DNA from: an uncultured Planctomycetia bacterium
GTDB lineage: Bacteria; Omnitrophota; Gorgyraeia; Duberdicusellales; 4484-171
NCBI GenBank assembly: GCA_964547735.1
Contig: CAZJOV010000003.1
Location: 1 to 56,035, forward strand
Reading direction: 5' to 3'
DNA: 56,035 bases
Below, piece after piece: positions 53,139 to 56,035 of the stretch. The stretch's first letter is position 1; each line of letters starts with the position of its first letter. The position numbers and the translations under genes are program-made. The notes below the pieces were generated by a model, which did no database searches, was not told the DNA's origin, and saw nothing but the letters and a program-made list of their open reading frames with translations.

Positions 53139-54432
53139 AATTGAGCCGTTAGTAAAAGTAAGAAAAAAAATTTTTATCCCCGCAGATAAATCTATCTCCC
53201 ACCGTGCTTTAATCATAAGTTCTTTAGCTAAAGGGAAAACCCGAATTGTAAATTTTCTAATTAGCGAAGATACTCTGGCTACTTTAGAGTGTCTTAAAAA
53301 AATAGGGGTGGGAATAAAGTTTAATAAAAAGAAAAAAGAAGTAATGATTGATTCTGGAGGTTTGTTTTTTAAACGAACAAAAAAGGTTTGCCTTAATGCT
53401 CACCAATCCGCAACTACTATGCGTATCTTAAGCGGAGTTCTTGTAGGGCAGAAATTTCCTGTTTATTTTGATGCTGAGGAGCCTTTAAGAAGAAGGCCAA
53501 TGAGAAGAATAATCTATCCTTTATCGTGTATGGGAGCAAAGATAATAGGAAAAAAGATAAAAGACGAGGAGTATCCTCCTTTAGAAATTTTTCCTGTCTC
53601 AACCCTTAAGGGGATAAGATATAAGATGCCCGTAGCCAGTGCACAGGTTAAATCAGCAATAATTTTTGCTTCTTTGTATGCGGAGGGGAAAACAGAGATA
53701 GAAGAAAGAAACCTATCCAGAGACCATACAGAAAGAATGTTGAAGCTTTTTGGAGCAAAAATAAAAAAGAGAAAAGGAGTAATTAGCTGCCAGAAGAATG
53801 TCTTAAAAACCCCGGGAGAGATTTTTATCCCTTATGATTTATCTTCAGCCTCTTTTTTTATTGCCTTGGCAACTTTAGTTGAGGGTTCTAAAATAGAGAT
53901 AAAAAATGTAGGGATAAACCCTACTCGTTTAGGATTTGTGAATATTCTTAAAAAAATGGGTGCAAAGATTAAAATCTTAAATAAAAAGAATTATTTTGAG
54001 CCTTATGCTGATATTGTTGTGGAGAGTTCGCAATTGAAAGGAATAAAAATAGAAGAAAAAGAGATTCCTCTGATGATTGATGAGATTCCTCTTCTTTTTG
54101 TCTGTGGTGCATTTGCAAAAGGAGAAACAGAGATTTTAGGATTGAAAGAACTAAAAGTAAAAGAGACAGATAGGATTTATTCTATGGTCTATAATTTAAA
54201 AAGAGCAGGGGTAGATATTGAAGCTTTGAATTACGGGAACAACTGGAAGGTAAAAATTAAAGGGATAAAGAGAATAAGGCCCGTGCTTTTTAAGAGTTTC
54301 TCTGACCATCGCACAGCAATGAGTCTGGTTATTTTTGGATTAGCAGCTGGTGAAAGATTTTCTATCGATGATATTTCTTGTATGAATAAATCCTTTCCTG
54401 AATTTATATCTTTGGTTGAATCTCTAAAATAG
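53131..54432 (+). CDS. aroA: 3-phosphoshikimate 1-carboxyvinyltransferase (EPSP synthase)
   Basis: ADKSISHRALI, LKVKETDRI and DHRTAMS motifs, at full length. Confidence 0.93.
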   Translation: MYEIEPLVKVRKKIFIPADKSISHRALIISSLAKGKTRIVNFLISEDTLATLECLKKIGVGIKFNKKKKEVMIDSGGLFFKRTKKVCLNAHQSATTMRILSGVLVGQKFPVYFDAEEPLRRRPMRRIIYPLSCMGAKIIGKKIKDEEYPPLEIFPVSTLKGIRYKMPVASAQVKSAIIFASLYAEGKTEIEERNLSRDHTERMLKLFGAKIKKRKGVISCQKNVLKTPGEIFIPYDLSSASFFIALATLVEGSKIEIKNVGINPTRLGFVNILKKMGAKIKILNKKNYFEPYADIVVESSQLKGIKIEEKEIPLMIDEIPLLFVCGAFAKGETEILGLKELKVKETDRIYSMVYNLKRAGVDIEALNYGNNWKVKIKGIKRIRPVLFKSFSDHRTAMSLVIFGLAAGERFSIDDISCMNKSFPEFISLVESLK

Positions 54433-54451
54433 TAAAAATTTTCAAGAAAAC

Positions 54452-54480
54452 TTGACACTCAAAATAGAAAAAGGTAAATT
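54452..54480 (+). promoter_or_regulatory. Sigma70-type promoter for valS, with an implied leaderless transcript
   Basis: TTGACA, a 17-nt spacer, then TAAATT (54475-80). ATG 54490 lies 9 nt downstream with no SD. The -35 context CTTGACACTC is identical to the hup promoter. Confidence 0.6.
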
Positions 54481-54489
54481 AATTAAACT

Positions 54490-56035
54490 ATGTTAGAAAC
54501 AAAATATCAACCGAAAAGAATAGAGGAGAATATCTATAAGTTTTGGTTAGAGAAAGGGTATTTTTCCTCTCGTATTAACCCGGACAAAGAACCTTTCACT
54601 ATTCTGATTCCCCCTCCTAATATTACAGGAATCTTACATATGGGACATGCTTTAAATAACACTCTTCAAGATATTTTGATAAGGTTTAAGAGAATGCAGG
54701 GATGTGAAGTTTTATGGATGCCTGGGACTGATCATGCCGGAATTGCTACCCAAAATGTGGTGGAGAGAAATTTAGCTAAAGAAGGCCTGAGGAAAGAAGA
54801 TATAGGGAAAGAAGAGTTTATAAAGCTTTTATGGGAATGGAAGGGAAAATACGGCAATACTATTATTGAGCAGCTTAAAAAGTTAGGAGCCAGCTGCGAC
54901 TGGCAGAGACTGCGTTTTACTATGGATGAAGGTTACTGTGAGGCGGTAAAAGAGGCATTTGTGAGGTTGTATAAGAAAGGTTTAATTTACCAAGGAGAAT
55001 ACATAATAAACTGGTGCCCTCACTGCAAAACTGCCTTAAGTGATGAGGAGTCTCCTTATAAGGAGATTGAGGGTTGGCTTTACTATCTTCGCTATCCTGT
55101 GAGGGGTTCCTCTAAGTTTTCTTATATTGTTGTGGCTACTACCCGGCCAGAGACGATGCTGGCAGATACCGGGATTGCTTTTAATCCTCAGGATGAAAGA
55201 TATAAGTGGCTTAAGGAGGTAGAGATAATTCTTCCTTTGGTGGGAAGAAAACTAAAGGTGATTGAAGATGAGGTGGTGGAGCCTACGTTCGGAACAGGAG
55301 TGGTAAAGGTAACCCCTGCCCATGACCCTCAGGATTTTATGTTAGGGAAAAGACATAACTTGGAATTTATAAATATTATGAATGAGGATGCTACTTTAAA
55401 TAAAAATGCAGGAGAATTTGCAGGACTAGAGAGATTCTTGGCTCGAGAAAAGATAATAGAAAAACTAAAGAGAGAGGGGCTTTTTGAAAAAAAAGAACCT
55501 TATAAGATAAATGCACGTTTCTGTTATCGTTGTGATACTCTTATTGAGCCCCGCCTTTCACTTCAATGGTTTGTTAAGATGAAGCCTTTAGCTGAAGGAG
55601 CCTGTGAGGTGGTAGAGAAAGATGTGGTAAGTTTTTATCCTTCCCGCTGGAAAAAAGTATATCTTAATTGGATGTATAACATCTGTGACTGGTGTATTTC
55701 TCGCCAAATCTGGTGGGGGCATCGTATTCCTGCCTTTTTCTGTAAAGAGTGCGGTAAGATTATTGTAGAAAAAGATGAACCAGAAAAATGTCCTTTTTGT
55801 GACTCTCCACATTTAGCTGCTGAAGAAGATGTTTTAGATACCTGGTTTTCCTCCTGGCTTTGGCCCATAGCTACATTCTGGTGGCCTTTTTTGGGAAAGG
55901 AGGATAAAAAGAGAGAATTTGAATATTTTTATCCCACCCAGGTTCTTGTAACAGCAAGTGAAATATTGTTTTTCTGGGTGGCAAGAATGATTATGGCAGG
56001 ATTAGAATTTACAGGCAAAGTTCCTTTTTATGATG
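54490..56035 (+). CDS. valS: Valyl-tRNA synthetase, 3'-truncated by the window edge
   Basis: Open frame from ATG 54490 to the window end, absent from the ORF track because there is no stop. Translation gives MLETKYQPKRIEENIYKFW, PPPNITGILHMGHALNN, PGTDHAGIATQ and FFWVARMIM. Confidence 0.93.
   Translation, partial: MLETKYQPKRIEENIYKFWLEKGYFSSRINPDKEPFTILIPPPNITGILHMGHALNNTLQDILIRFKRMQGCEVLWMPGTDHAGIATQNVVERNLAKEGLRKEDIGKEEFIKLLWEWKGKYGNTIIEQLKKLGASCDWQRLRFTMDEGYCEAVKEAFVRLYKKGLIYQGEYIINWCPHCKTALSDEESPYKEIEGWLYYLRYPVRGSSKFSYIVVATTRPETMLADTGIAFNPQDERYKWLKEVEIILPLVGRKLKVIEDEVVEPTFGTGVVKVTPAHDPQDFMLGKRHNLEFINIMNEDATLNKNAGEFAGLERFLAREKIIEKLKREGLFEKKEPYKINARFCYRCDTLIEPRLSLQWFVKMKPLAEGACEVVEKDVVSFYPSRWKKVYLNWMYNICDWCISRQIWWGHRIPAFFCKECGKIIVEKDEPEKCPFCDSPHLAAEEDVLDTWFSSWLWPIATFWWPFLGKEDKKREFEYFYPTQVLVTASEILFFWVARMIMAGLEFTGKVPFYD

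Noticed and set aside
54433-54489. T-box or other leader upstream of valS, and likewise upstream of the other five aaRS genes.
   Set aside because: The valS gap is 57 nt and is filled by a promoter ending 9 nt from the ATG. The other aaRS genes overlap or abut upstream genes, so there is no room for a leader of over 200 nt.

Overview
AT-rich, very compact bacterial chromosomal segment. I call 52 protein-coding genes, all on the + strand. Most are joined by 1-53 nt overlaps (about ten ATGA and two TAATG junctions), and there are only eight real intergenic gaps. Content is overwhelmingly housekeeping:
- isoprenoid/lipid: cdsA-dxr-rseP-ispG
- translation: proS, trpS, hisS, aspS, ileS, valS, infB, rplS, rimP, ybeY, trmD, tgt, queF, rluD
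- transcription: nusA, dksA-like
- replication/repair: dnaE, ruvB, recO, polX, scpA, hup
- C1 and purine metabolism: fchA-folD-metF, guaB3-like-guaA
- NAD salvage (pncB-pncA fusion), class II RNR, panB, proC, mtnP, aroA

I saw no rRNA, tRNA, CRISPR, transposase, integrase or recognisable defence gene. The genetic code is standard, since TGA, TAA and TAG all end genes of expected length. Diderm hallmarks are present: a beta-barrel-like protein ending in Phe, lspA, and lipobox lipoproteins. I cannot assign a lineage from sequence alone.

Seven sigma70-like promoters (TTGACA-N16/17-TAnnnT) sit exactly in the gaps and divide the window into transcription units. Four of them put the -10 only 8-11 nt from the start codon, implying leaderless first cistrons.

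The only non-housekeeping block is 34.0-39.8 kb. It holds a TPR plus very large beta-barrel-like outer-membrane protein, a degenerate ROK-like protein, a membrane-anchored coiled-coil protein and a LacI regulator. This is my best candidate for something undescribed, but the evidence is architecture only.

Other points worth a second look:
- lspA has no canonical start codon and is in frame with dksA across a single TAG.
- The FolD paralogue has lost its cyclohydrolase residues and sits next to a stand-alone FchA.
- A GuaB3-type IMPDH relative is translationally coupled to guaA.
- Several enzymes are domain-minimised: ProRS without INS, AspRS without GAD, PgpH without its extracellular domain.
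- TrpRS carries a Cys4 Fe-S-type motif.
- Tandem NrdR boxes precede nrdJ.

All calls rest on reading the translations and DNA by eye. No searches were run.
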